From: Eledone cirrhosa
Lineage: Eukaryota
DNA: 64,000 nucleotides
Assembly: GCA_964016885.1 (NCBI GenBank)
Contig: OZ024743.1
Coordinates: forward strand, 25,792,001-25,856,000
Direction: 5' to 3'
Made by a program: the position numbers and the translations under genes. Shown here in pieces: positions 43,001 through 59,050 of the stretch. Position 1 is the first letter of the stretch; every line of letters starts with the position of its first letter. The notes beneath the pieces are model-generated. The model saw only the letters and a list, made by a program, of their open reading frames with translations, did not search any database and was not told the DNA's origin.

Positions 43001-45809
43001 CTGGAATACACTTATATCAGTTGACAATACTGTTGTTACTGGAATACACTTATATCTGTTGACAATACTGTTGTTACTGGAATACACTTATATCAGTTGA
43101 TAATACTGTTGTTACTGGAATACACTTATATCAGTTGACAATACTGTTGTTACTGGAATACACTTATATCAGTTGACAATACTGTTGTTAATGGAATACA
43201 CTTATATCAGTTGACAATACTGTTGTTACTGGAATACACTTATATCAGTTGACAATACTCTTATTACTGGAATACACTTATATCAGTTGACAATACTGTT
43301 GTTACTGGAATACACTTATATCAGTTGACAATACTGTTGTTACTGGAATACACTTATATCAGTTGACAATACTGTTGTTACTGGAATACACTTATATCAG
43401 TTGATAATACTGTTGTTACTGGAATACACTTATATCAGTTGACAATACTGTTGTTACTGGAATACACTTATATCAGTTGACAATACTGTTGTTACTGGAC
43501 TCCACTTATATCAGTTGACAATACTGTTGTTACTGGAATACACTTATATCAGTTGACAATACTGTTGTTACTGGAATACACTTATATCAGTTGACAATAC
43601 TGTTGTTACTGGAATACACTTATATCAGTTGATAATACTGTTGTTACTGGAATAAACTTATTTCAGTTGACAATACTGTTGTCACTGGAATACACTTATA
43701 TCAGTTGACAAGACTGTTGTTACTGGAAAACATTTATATCAGTTGACAATACTGTTGTTACTGGAATACACTTATATCAGTTGATAATACTGTTGTTACT
43801 GGAATACACTTATATCAGTTGACAATACTGTTGTTACTGGAATACACTTATATCAGTTGACAATACTGTTGTTACTGGAATACACTTATTTCAGTTAACA
43901 ATACTGTTGTTACTGGAATACACTGATATCAGTTGACAATTCTGTTGTTACTGGAATAGACTTATATCAGTTGACAATACTGTTGTTACTGGAATACACA
44001 TATATCAGTTGACAATACTGTTGTTACTGGAATACACTTATATCAGTTTATAATACTCTTGTTACTGGAATACACTTATATCTGTTGACAATACTGTTGT
44101 TACTGGAATACAGTTATATCAGTTGACAATACTGTTGTTACTGGAATACACTTATATCAGTTGACAATACTGTTGTTACTGGAATACACTTATATCAGTT
44201 GATAATACTGTTGTTAATGGAATACACTTATATCTGTTGACAATGCTGTTGTTACTGGAATAAAGTTATATCAGTTGACAATACTGTTGTTACTGGAATA
44301 CACTTATATCAGTTGATAATACTGTTGTTACTGGAATACACTTATATCAGTTGACAATACTGTTGTTACTGGAATACACGTATATCAGTTGACAATACTG
44401 TTGTTACTGGAATACACTTATATCAGTTGACAATACTGTTGTTACTGGAATACACTTATATCAGTTGACAATACTGTTGTTACTGGAATACACTTATATC
44501 AGTTGACAATACTTTGTTACTGGAATACACTTATGTCAGTTGACAATACTGTTGTTACTGGAATACACTTATATCAGTTGACAATACTGTTGTTAATGGA
44601 ATGCACTTATATCAGTTGACAATACTGTTGTTACTGGAATACACTTATATCGGTTGACAATAATGTTGTTACTGGAATACACTTATATCAGTTGACAATA
44701 CTGTTGTTACTGGAATACACTTATATCAGTTGATAATACAGTTGTTACTAGAATACACCTATATCATTTGACAATACTGTTGTTACTGGAATACAAATAT
44801 ATCAGTTGACAATACAGTTGTTACTGGAATACACTTATATCAGATGACAATACTGTTGTTACTGGAATACACTTATATCAGTTGATATTACTGTTGTTAC
44901 TGGAATACACTTATTTCAGTTGACAATACTGTTGTTACTGGAATACACTTGTATCAGTTGATAATACTGTTGTTACTGGAATACACTTATATCTGTTGAC
45001 AATACTTTTGTTACTGGAATACACTTATATCAATTGAGAATACTGTTGTTATTGGAATACACTTATATCAGTTGACAATACTGTTGTTGCTGGAATACAC
45101 TTATATCAGTTGATAATACTGTTGTTACTGGAATACACTTATATCAGTTGACAATACTGTTGTTACTGGAATACACTTATATCAGTTGACAATACTGTTG
45201 TTACTGGAATACACTTATATCAGTTGACAATACTGTTGTTACTGGAATACACATATATCAGTTGATAATACTGTTGTTACTGGAAAACACATATATCAGT
45301 TGACAATACTGTTGTTACTGGAATACACTTATATCAGTTGATAATACTGTTGTTACTGGAATACACTTATATCAGTTGATAATACTGTTGTTACTGGAAT
45401 ACACTTATATCAGTTGACAATACTGTTGTTACTGGAATACACTTATATCAGTTGACAATACTGTTGTTACTGGAATACACTTATATCAGTTAACAATACT
45501 GTTGTTAATGGAATACACTTATATCAGTTGACAATACTGTTGTTACTGGAATACACTTATATCAGTTGACAATACTTTGTTACTGGAATACACTTATGTC
45601 AGTTGACAATACTGTTGTTACTGGAATACACTTATATCAGTTGACAATACTGTTGTTAATGGAATGCACTTATATCAGTTGACAATACTGTTGTTACTGG
45701 AATACACTTATATCAGTTGACAATAATGTTGTTACTGGAATACACTTATATCAGTTGACAATACTGTTGTTACTGGAATACACTTATATCAGTTGATAAT
45801 ACTGTTGTT

Positions 45810-47470
45810 ACTAGAATACACTTATATCATTTGACAATACTGTTGTTACTGGAATACAAATATATCGGTTGACAATACTGTTGTTACTGGAATACACATA
45901 TATCAGTTGATAATACTGTTGTTACTGGAAAACACTTATATCAGTTGACAATACTGTTGTTACTGGAATACACTTATATCAGTTGATAATACTCTTGTTA
46001 CTGGAATACACTTATATCTGTTGACAATACTGTTGTTACTGGAATACACTTATATCAGTTAATAATACTGTTGTTACTGAAATACACTTATATCAGTTGA
46101 CAATACTGTTGTTACTGGAATACACTTATATCTGTTGACAATACTGTTGTTACTGGAATACACTTATATCTGTTGACAAAACTGTTGTTACTGGAATACA
46201 GTTATATCAGTTGACAATACTGTTGTTACTGGAATACACTCATATAAGTTGACAATACTGTTGTTACTGGAATACACTTATATCAGTTGACAATAATGTT
46301 GTTACTGGAATACACTTATATCAGTTGACAATACTGTTGTTGCGGGAATATACTTATATCAGTTGCTAATACTGTTGTTACTGGAATACACTTATATCAG
46401 TTGACAATACTGTTGTTAATGGAATACACTTATATCAGATGACAATACTGTTGTTACTGGAATACACTTATATCAGTTGATATTACTGTTGTTACTGGAA
46501 TACACTTATTTCAGTTGACAATACTGTTGTTACTGGAATACACTTGTATCAGTTGATAATACTGTTGTTACTGGAATACACTTATATCTGTTGACAATAC
46601 TTGTGTTACTGGAATACACTTATATCAATTGAGAATACTGTTGTTATTGGAATACACTTATATCAGTTGACAATACTGTTGTTGCTGGAATACACTTATA
46701 TCAGTTGATAATACTGTTGTTACTGGAATACACTTATATCAGTTGACAATAATGTTGTTACTGGAATACACTTATATCAGTTGACAATACTGTTGTTACT
46801 GGAATACACTTATATCAGTTGACAATACTGTTGTTACTGGAATACACTTACATCAGTTGACAATACTGTTGTTACTGGAATACACTTATATCAGTTAACA
46901 ATACTGTTGTTAATGGAATACACTTATATCAGTTGACAATACTGTTGTTACTGGAATACACTTATATCATTTGACAATACTGTTGTTACTGGAATACAAA
47001 TATATCGGTTGACAATACTGTTGTTACTGGAATACACATATATCAGTTGATAATACTGTTGTTACTGGAAAACACTTATATCAGTTGACAATACTGTTGT
47101 TACTGGAATACACTTATATCAGTTGATAATACTCTTGTTACTGGAATACACTTATATCTGTTGACAATACTGTTGTTACTGGAATACACTTATATCAGTT
47201 AATAATACTGTTGTTACTGAAATACACTTATATCAGTTGACAATACTGTTGTTACTGGAATACACTTATATCTGTTGACAATACTGTTGTTACTGGAATA
47301 CACTTATATCTGTTGACAAAACTGTTGTTACTGGAATACAGTTATATCAGTTGACAATACTGTTGTTACTGGAATACACTCATATAAGTTGACAATACTG
47401 TTGTTACTGGAATACACTTATATCAGTTGACAATAATGTTGTTACTGGAATACACTTATATCAGTTGACA
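45810..47470 (+). repeat. Duplicated block pair at offset 1,140 bp (exactly 30 monomers)
   Basis: TATATCGGTT 45861/47001, followed in both copies by CACATA, GGAAAAC, CTCTT, GTTAATAA, ACTGAAA, GACAAAA and CACTCATATAAG in the same order. Confidence 0.88.
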
Positions 47471-50400
47471 GTACTGTTGTTACTGGAATACACTTATATC
47501 AGTTAATAATACTGTTGTTACTGGAATACACTTATATCAGTTGACAATACTGTTGTTACTGGAATACACTTATATCAGTTGACAATACTGTTGTTACTGG
47601 AATACACTTATCTCAGTTGACAATACAGTTGTTACTGGAATACACTTATATCAGTTGACAATACTGTTGTTAATGGAATACACTTATATCAGTTGACAAT
47701 ACTGTTGTTACTGGAATACACTTATATCAGTTGACAATACTGTTGTTACAGTAATACACTTATATCAGTTGACAATACTGTTGTTGGTGGAATACACTTA
47801 TTTCAGTTGACAATACTGTTGTTACTGGAATACACTTATATCAGTTGATAATACTGTTGTTACTGGAATACACTTATATCAGTTGGCAATACTGTTGTTA
47901 CTGGAATACACTTATATCAGTTGACAATACTGTTGTTACTGGAATACACTTATATCAGTTGACAATACTGTTGTTACTGGAATACACTTATATTAGTTGA
48001 TAATACTGTTGTTACTGGAATACACTTATATCAGTTGACAATACTGTTGTTTGTGGAATACACTTATATCAGTTGACAATACTGTTGTTACTGGAATACA
48101 CTTATATCAGTTGACAATACTGTTGTTACTGGAATACACTTGTATCAGTTGACAATACTCTTATTACTGGAATACACTTATATCAGTTGACAATACTGTT
48201 GTTACTGGAATACACTTATATCAGTTGACAATACTGTTGTTACTGGAATACACTTATATCAGTTGACAATACTGTTGTTACTGGAATACACTTATATCAG
48301 TTGATAAGACTGTTGTTACTGGAATACACTTATATCAGTTGACAATACTGTTGTTACTGGAATACACTTATATCAATTGACAATACTGTTGTTACTGGAC
48401 TCCACTTATATCAGTTGACAATACTGTTGTTACTGGAATACACTTATATCAGTTGACAATACTGTTGTTACTGGAATACACTTATATCAGTTGACAATAC
48501 TGTTGTTACTGGAATACACTTATATCAGTTGATAATACTGTTGTTACTGGAATACACTTATTTCAGTTGACAATACTGTTGTTACTGGAATACACTTATA
48601 TCAGTTGACAATACTGTTGTTACTGGAATACATTTATATCAGTTGACAATACTGTTGTTACTGGAATACACTTATATCAGTTGATAATACTGTTGTTACT
48701 GGAATACACTTATATCAGTTGACAATACTGTTGTTACTGGAATACACTTATTTCAGTTAACAATACTGTTGTTACTGGAATACACTGATATCAGTTGACA
48801 ATACTGTTGTTACTGGAATACACATATATCAGTTGACAATACTGTTGTTACTGGAATACACTTATATCAGTTGATAATACTCTTGTTACTGGAATACACT
48901 TATATCTGTTGACAATACTGTTGTTACTGAAATACAGTTATATCAGTTGACAATACTGTTGTTACTGGAATACACTTATATCAGTTGACAATACTGTTGT
49001 TACTGGAATACACTTATATCAGTTGATAATACTGTTGTTAATGGAATACACTTATATCTGTTGACAATACTGTTGTTACTGGAATAAAGTTATATCATTT
49101 GACAATACTGTTGTTACTGGAATACACTTATATCAGTTGACAATACTGTTGTTACTGGAATACACTTATATCAGTTGATAATACTGTTGTTACTGGAATA
49201 CACTTATATCAGTTGACAATACTCTTATTACTGGAATACACTTATATCAGTTGACAATACTGTTGTTACTGGAATACACTTATATCAGTTGACAATACTG
49301 TTGTTACTGGAATACACTTATATCAGTTGACAATACTGTTGTTACTGGAATACACTTATATCAGTTGACAATACTGTTGTTACTGGAATACACTTATATC
49401 AGTTGATAATACTGTTGTTACTGGAATACACTTATATCAGTTGACAATACTGTTGTTACTGGAATACACTTATATCAATTGACAATACTGTTGTTACTGG
49501 ACTCCACTTATATCAGTTGACAATACTGTTGTTACTGGAATACACTTATATCAGTTGATAATACTGTTGTTAATGGAATACACTTATATCTGTTGACAAT
49601 ACTGTTGTTACTGGAATAAAGTTATATCATTTGACAATACTGTTGTTACTGGAATACACTTATATCAGTTGACAATACTGTTGTTACTGGAATACACTTA
49701 TATCAGTTGATAATACTGTTGTTACTGGAATACACTTATATCAGTTGACAATACTGTTGTTACTGGAATACACTTATATCAGTTGACAATACTCTTATTA
49801 CTGGAATACACTTATATCAGTTGACAATACTGTTGTTACTGGAATACACTTATATCAGTTGACAATACTGTTGTTACTGGAATACACTTATATCAGTTGA
49901 CAATACTGTTGTTACTGGAATACACTTATATCAGTTGACAATACTGTTGTTACTGGAATACACTTATATCAGTTGATAATACTGTTGTTACTGGAATACA
50001 CTTATTTCAGTTGACAATACTGTTGTTACTGGAATACACTTATATCAGTTGACAATACTGTTGTTACTGGAATACATTTATATCAGTTGACAATACTGTT
50101 GTTACTGGAATACACTTATATCAGTTGATAATACTGTTGTTACTGGAATACACTTATATCAGTTGACAATACTGTTGTTACTGGAATACACTTATTTCAG
50201 TTAACAATACTGTTGTTACTGGAATACACTGATATCAGTTGACAATACTGTTGTTACTGGAATACACATATATCAGTTGACAATACTGTTGTTACTGGAA
50301 TACACTTATATCAGTTGATAATACTCTTGTTACTGGAATACACTTATATCTGTTGACAATACTGTTGTTACTGGAATACAGTTATATCAGTTGACAATAC

Positions 50401-53149
50401 TGTTGTTACTGGAATACACTTATATCAGTTGACAATACTGTTGTTACTGGAATACACTTATATCAGTTGATAATACTGTTGTTAATGGAATACACTTATA
50501 TCTGTTGACAATACTGTTGTTACTGGAATAAAGTTATATCAGTTGACAATACTGTTGTTACTGGAATACACTTATATCAGTTGATAATACTGTTGTTACT
50601 GGAATACACTTATATCAGTTGACAATACTGTTGTTACTGGAATACACTTATATCAGTTGACAATACTGTTGTTACTGGAATACACTTATATCAGTTGACA
50701 ATACTGTTGTTACTGGAATACACTTATATCAGTTGACAATACTTTGTTACTGGAATACACTTATGTCAGTTGACAATACTGTTGTTACTGGAATACACTT
50801 ATATCAGTTGACAATACTGTTGTTAATGGAATGCACTTATATCAGTTGACAATACTGTTGTTACTGGAATACACTTATATCAGTTGACAATAATGTTGTT
50901 ACTGGAATACACTTATATCAGTTGACAATACTGTTGTTACTGGAATACACTTATATCAGTTGATAATACTGTTGTTACTAGAATGCACCTATATCATTTG
51001 ACAATACTGTTGTTACTGGAATACAAATATATCAGTTGACAATACAGTTGTTACTGGAATACACTTATATCAGATGACAATACTGTTGTTACTGGAATAC
51101 ACTTATATCAGTTGATATTACTGTTGTTACTGGAATACACTTATTTCAGTTGACAATACTGTTGTTACTGGAATACACTTATATCAGTTGATAATACTGT
51201 TGTTACTGGAATACACTTATATCTGTTGACAATACTTTTGTTACTGGCATACACTTATATCAATTGAGAATACTGTTGTTACTGGAATACACTTATATCA
51301 GTTGACAATACTGTTGTTGCTGGAATACACTTATATCAGTTGATAATACTGTTGTTACTGGAATACACTTATATCAGTTGACAATACTGTTGTTACTGGA
51401 ATACACTTATATCAGTTGACAATACTGTTGTTACTGGAATACACATATATCAGTTGATAATACTGTTGTTACTGGAATACACTTATATCAGTTGACAATA
51501 CTGTTGTTACTGGAATACACTTATATCAGTTGATAATACTGTTGTTACTGGAATACACTTATTTCAGTTGACAATACTGTTGTTACTGGAATACACTTAT
51601 ATCAGTTGACAATACTGTTGTTACTGGAATACATTTATATCAGTTGACAATACTGTTGTTACTGGAATACACTTATATCAGTTGATAATACTGTTGTTAC
51701 TGGAATACACTTATATCAGTTGACAATACTGTTGTTACTGGAATACACTTATATCAGTTGACAATACTGTTGTTACTGGAATACACTTACTTCAGTTAAC
51801 AATACTGTTGTTACTGGAATACACTGATATCAGTTGACAATACTGTTGTTACTGGAATAGACTTATATCAGTTGACAATACTGTTGGTACTGGAATACAC
51901 ATATATCAGTTGATAATACTGTCGTTACTGGAAAACACTTATATCAGTTGACAATACTGTTGTTACTGGAATACACTTATATCAGTTGATAATACTCTTG
52001 TTACTGGAATACACTTATATCTGTTGACAATACTGTTGTTACTGGAATACACTTATATCAGTTGATAATACTGTTGTTACTGAAATACACTTATATCAGT
52101 TGACAATACTGTTGTTACTGGAATACACTTATATCTGTTGACAATACTGTTGTTACTGGAATACACTTATATCTGTTGACAAAACTGTTGTTACTGGAAT
52201 ACAGTTATATCAGTTGACAATACTGTTGTTACTGGAATACACTTATATCAGTTGACAATACTGTTGTTACTGGAAAACACTTATATCAGTTGACAATACT
52301 GTTGTTACTGGAATACACTTATATCAGTTGATAATACTCTTGTTAATGGAATACACTTATATCTGTTGACAATACTGTTGTTACTGGAATACACTTATAT
52401 CAGTTGATAGTACTGTTGTTACTGAAATACACTTATATCAGTTGACAATACTGTTGTTACTGGAATACACTTATATCTGTTGACAATACTGTTGTTACTG
52501 GAATACACTTATATCTGTTGACAAAACTGTTGTTACTGGAATACAGTTATATCAGTTGACAATACTGTTGTTACTGGAATACACTCATATAAGTTGACAA
52601 TACTGTTGTTACTGGAATACACTTATTTCAGTTGACAATACTGTTGTTACTGGAATACACTTATATCAGTTGACAGTACTGTTGTTACTGGAATACACTT
52701 ATATCAGTTAATAATACTGTTGTTACTGGCATACACTTATATCAGTTGACAATACTGTTGTTACTGGAATACACTTATCTCAGTGGACAATACTGTTGTT
52801 ACTGGAATACACTTATATCAGTTGACAATACTGTTGTTAATGGAATACACTTATATCAGTTGACAATACTGTTGTTACTGGAATACACTTATATCAGTTG
52901 ATAATACTGTTGTTACTGGAATACACTTATTTCTGTTGACAATACTGTTGTTACTGGAATACACTTATATCAGTTGACAATACTGTTGTTACTGGAATAC
53001 ACTTATATCAGTTGATAATACTGTTGTTACTGGAATACACTTATATCAGTTGACAATACTGTTGTTACTGGAATACACTTATATCAGTTGACAATACTGT
53101 TGTTACTGGAATACACTTACTTCAGTTAACAATACTGTTGTTACTGGAA

Positions 53150-56100
53150 TACACTGATATCAGTTGACAATACTGTTGTTACTGGAATAGACTTATATCA
53201 GTTGACAATACTGTTGTTACTGGAATACACATATATCAGTTGATAATACTGTTGTTACTGGAAAACACTTATATCAGTTGACAATACTGTTGTTACTGGA
53301 ATACACTTATATCAGTTGATAATACTCTTGTTACTGGAATACACCTATATCTGTTGACAATACTGTTGTTACTGGAATACACTTATATCAGTTGATAGTA
53401 CTGTTGTTACTGAAATACACTTATATCAGTTGACAATACTGTTGTTACTGGAATACACTTATATCTGTTGACAATACTGTTGTTACTGGAATACACTTAT
53501 ATCTGTTGACAAAACTGTTGTTACTGGAATACAGTTATATCAGTTGACAATACTGTTGTTACTGGAATACACTCATATAAGTTGACAATACTGTTGTTAC
53601 TGGAATACACTTATATCAGTTGACAATAATGTTGTTACTGGAATACACTTATATCAGTTGACAGTACTGTTGTTACTGGAATACACTTATATCAGTTAAT
53701 AATACTGTTGTTACTGGAATACACTTATATCAGTTGACAATACTGTTGTTACTGGAATACACTTATCTCAGTTGACAATACTGTTGTTACTGGAATACAG
53801 TTATATCAGTTGACAATACTGTTGTTACTGGAATACACTCATATAAGTTGACAATACTGTTGTTACTGGAATACACTTATATCAGTTGACAATAATGTTG
53901 TTACTGGAATACACTTATATCAGTTGACAGTACTGTTGTTACTGGAATACACTTATATCAGTTAATAATACTGTTGTTACTGGAATACACTTATATCAGT
54001 TGACAATACTGTTGTTACTGGAATACACTTATCTCAGTTGACAATACTGTTGTTACTGGAATACACTTATATCAGTTGACAATACTCTTATTACTGGAAT
54101 ACACTTATATCAGTTGACAATACTGTTGTTACTGGAATACACTTATATCAGTTGACAATACTGTTGTTACTGGAATACACTTATATCAGTTGACAATACT
54201 GTTGTTTCTGGAATACACTTATATCAGTTGATAATACTGTTGTTACTGGAATACACTTATATCAGTTGACAATACTGTTGTTACTGGAATACACTTATAT
54301 CCGTTGACAATACTGTTGTTACTGGAATACACTTATATCAGTTGATAATACTGTTGTTAATGGAATACACTTATATCTGTTGACAATACTGTTGTTACTG
54401 GAATAAAGTTATATCAGTTGACAATACTGTTGTTACTGGAATACACTTATATCAGTTGATAATACTGTTGTTACTGGAATACACTTATATCAGTTGACAA
54501 TACTGTTGTTACTGGAATACACTTATATCAGTTGACAATACTGTTGTTACTGGAATACACTTATTTTAGTTAACAATACTGTTGTTACTGGAATACACTG
54601 ATATCAGTTGACAATACTGTTGTTACTGGAATAGACTTATATCAGTTGACAATACTGTTGTTACTGGAATACACATATATCAGTTGACAATACTGTTGTT
54701 ACTGGAATACACTTATATCAGTTGATAATACTCTTGTTACTGGAATACACTTATATCTGTTGACAATACTGTTGTTACTGGAATACAGTTATATCAGTTG
54801 ACAATACTGTTGTTACTGGAATACACTTATATCAGTAGACAATACTGTTGTTACTGGAATACACTTATATCAGTTGATAATACTGTTGTTAATGGAATAC
54901 ACTTATATCTGTTGACAATACTGTTGTTACTGGAATAAAGTTATATCAGTTGATAATACTGTTGTTACTGGAATACACTTATATCAGTTGACAATACTGT
55001 TGTTACTGGAATACACTTATATCAGTTGACAATACTGTTGTTACTGGACTCCACTTATATCAGTTGACAATACTGTTGTTACTGGAATACACTTATATCA
55101 GTTGACAATGCTGTTGTTACTGGAATACACTTGTATCAGTTGATAATACTGTTGTTACTGGAATACACTTATATCTGTTGACAATACTTTTGTTACTGGA
55201 ATACACTTATATCAATTGAGAATACTGTTGTTACTGGAATACACTTATATCAGTTGACAATACTGTTGTTGCTGGAATAGACTTATATCAGTTGATAATA
55301 CTGTTGTTACTGGAATACACTTATATCAGTTGACAATACTGTTGTTACTGGAATACACTTATATCAGTTGACAATACTGTTGTTACTGGAATACACTTAT
55401 ATCAGTTGACAATACTGTTGTTACTGGAATACACATATATCAGTTGATAATACTGTTGTTACTGGAAAACACTTATATCAGTTGACAATACTGTTGTTAC
55501 TGGAATACACTTATATCAGTTGATAATACTCTTGTTACTGGAATACACTTATATCTGTTGACAATACTGTTGTTACTGTAATACAGTTATATCAGTTGAC
55601 AATACTGTTGTTACTGGAATACACTTATATCAGTTAACAATACTGATGTTACTGGAATACACTTATATCAGTTGACAATACTGTTGTTACTGGAATACAC
55701 ATATATCAGTTGACAATACTTTGTTACTGGAATACACTTATGTCAGTTGACAATACTGTTGTTACTGGAATACACTTATATCAGTTGACAATACTGTTGT
55801 TAATGGAATGCACTTATATCAGTTGACAATACTGTTGTTACTGGAATACACTTATATCAGTTGACAATAATGTTGTTACTGGAATACACTTATATCAGTT
55901 GACAATACTGTTGTTACTGGAATACACTTATATCAGTTGATAATACTGTTGTTACTAGAATACACTTATATCATTTGACAATACTGTTGTTACTGGAATA
56001 CAAATATATCAGTTGACAATACAGTTGTTACTGGAATACACATATATCAGTTGATAATACTGTTGTTACTGGAAAACACTTATATCAGTTGACAATACTG

Positions 56101-57360
56101 TTGTTACTGGAATACACTTATATCTGTTGATAATACTCTTGTTACTGGAATACACTTATATCTGTTGACAATACTGTTGTTACTGGAATACACTTATATC
56201 AGTTGATAGTACTGTTGTTACTGAAATACACTTATATCAGTTGACAATACTGTTGTTACTGGAATACACTTATATCTGTTGACAATACTGTTGTTACTGG
56301 AATACACTTATATCTGTTGACAATACTGTTGTTACTGGAATACACTGATATCAGTTGACAATACTGTTGTTACTGGAATAGACTTATATCAGTTGACAAT
56401 ACTGTTGTTACTGGAATACACATATATCAGTTGATAATACTGTTGTTACTGGAAAACACTTATATCAGTTGACAATACTGTTGTTACTGGAATACACTTA
56501 TATCAGTTGATAATACTCTTGTTACTGGAATACACTGATATCAGTTGACAATACTGTTGTTACTGGAATAGACTTATATCAGTTGACAATACTGTTGTTA
56601 CTGGAATACACATATATCAGTTGATAATACTGTTGTTACTGGAAAACACTTATATCAGTTGACAATACTGTTGTTACTGGAATACACTTATATCAGTTGA
56701 TAATACTCTTGTTACTGGAATACACTTATATCTGTTGACAATACTGTTGTTACTGGAATACACTTATATCAGTTGATAGTACTGTTGTTACTGAAATACA
56801 CTTATATCAGTTGACAATACTGTTGTTACTGGAATACACTTATATCTGTTGACAATACTGTTGTTACTGGAATACACTTATATCTGTTGACAAAACTGTT
56901 GTTACTGGAATACAGTTATATCAGTTGACAATACTGTTGTTACTGGAATACACTCATATAAGTTGACAATACTGTTGTTACTGGAATACACTTATATCAG
57001 TTGACAATAATGTTGTTACTGGAATACACTTATATCAGTTGACAGTACTGTTGTTACTGGAATACACTTATATCAGTTAATAATACTGTTGTTACTGGAA
57101 TACACTTATATCAGTTGACAATACTGTTGTTACTGGAATACACTTATCTCAGTTGACAATACTGTTGTTACTGGAATACAGTTATATCAGTTGACAATAC
57201 TGTTGTTACTGGAATACACTCATATAAGTTGACAATACTGTTGTTACTGGAATACACTTATATCAGTTGACAATAATGTTGTTACTGGAATACACTTATA
57301 TCAGTTGACAGTACTGTTGTTACTGGAATACACTTATATCAGTTAATAATACTGTTGTTA
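53150..57360 (+). repeat. Duplicated block pair, about 53.15-53.98 kb and 56.53-57.36 kb (offset 3,381), each with an internal 7-monomer (266-bp) duplication
   Basis: CACTCATATAAG at 53570 and 53836 versus 56951 and 57217. GATAGTACT, GACAGTACT and GTTAATAA occur in the same order in both. Confidence 0.82.
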
Positions 57361-59050
57361 CTGGGATAGACTTATATCAGTTGACAATACTGTTGTTACT
57401 GGAATACACATATATCAGTTGACAATACTGTTGTTACTGGAATACACTTATATCAGTTGATAATACTCTTGTTACTGGAATACACTTATATCTGTTGACA
57501 ATACTGTTGTTACTGGAATACAGTTATATCAGTTGACAATACTGTTGTTACTGGAATACACTTATATCAGTAGACAATACTGTTGTTACTGGAATACACT
57601 TATATCAGTTGATAATACTGTTGTTAATGGAATACACTTATATCTGTTGACAATACTGTTGTTACTGGAATAAAGTTATATCAGTTGATAATACTGTTGT
57701 TACTGGAATACACTTATATCAGTTGACAATACTGTTGTTACTGGAATACACTTATATCAGTTGACAATACTGTTGTTACTGGACTCCACTTATATCAGTT
57801 GACAATACTGTTGTTACTGGAATACACTTATATCAGTTGACAATACTGTTGTTACTGGAATACACTTGTATCAGTTGATAATACTGTTGTTACTGGAATA
57901 CACTTATATATGTTGACAATACTTTTGTTACTGGAATACACTTATATCAATTGAGAATACTGTTGTTACTGGAATACACTTATATCAGTTGACAATACTG
58001 TTGTTGCTGGAATACACTTATATCAGTTGATAATACTGTTGTTACTGGAATACACTTATATCAGTTGACAATACTGTTGTTACTGGAATACACTTATATC
58101 AGTTGACAATACTGTTGTTACTGGAATACACTTATATCAGTTGACAATACTGTTGTTACTGGAATACACATATATCAGTTGATAATACTGTTGTTACTGG
58201 AAAACACTTATATCAGTTGACAATACTGTTGTTACTGGAATACACTTATATCAGTTGATAATACTCTTGTTACTGGAATACACTTATATCTGTTGACAAT
58301 ACTGTTGTTACTGTAATACAGTTATATCAGTTGACAATACTGTTGTTACTGGAATACACTTATATCAGTTAACAATACTGATGTTACTGGAATACACTTA
58401 TATCAGTTGACAATACTGTTGTTACTGGAATACACATATATCAGTTGACAATACTTTGTTACTGGAATACACTTATGTCAGTTGACAATACTGTTGTTAC
58501 TGGAATACACTTATATCAGTTGACAATACTGTTGTTAATGGAATGCACTTATATCAGTTGACAATACTGTTGTTACTGGAATACACTTATATCAGTTGAC
58601 AATAATGTTGTTACTGGAATACACTTATATCAGTTGACAATACTGTTGTTACTGGAATACACTTATATCAGTTGATAATACTGTTGTTACTAGAATACAC
58701 TTATATCATTTGACAATACTGTTGTTACTGGAATACAAATATATCAGTTGACAATACAGTTGTTACTGGAATACACATATATCAGTTGATAATACTGTTG
58801 TTACTGGAAAACACTTATATCAGTTGACAATACTGTTGTTACTGGAATACACTTATATCTGTTGATAATACTCTTGTTACTGGAATACACTTATATCTGT
58901 TGACAATACTGTTGTTACTGGAATACACTTATATCAGTTGATAATACTGTTGTTACTGAAATACACTTATATCAGTTGACAATACTGTTGTTACTGGAAT
59001 ACACTTATATCTGTTGACAATACTGTTGTTACTGGAATACACTTATATCT
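54630..59050 (+). repeat. Duplicated block pair, about 54.63-56.32 kb and 57.37-59.05 kb (offset 2,735)
   Basis: Variants seen only here: TAGAC in CAGTAGAC 54836/57571 and TACTGATGTT 55641/58376. CTTGTATC, TACTGTAATACAG and the CTTTG deletion also match. Confidence 0.88.
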
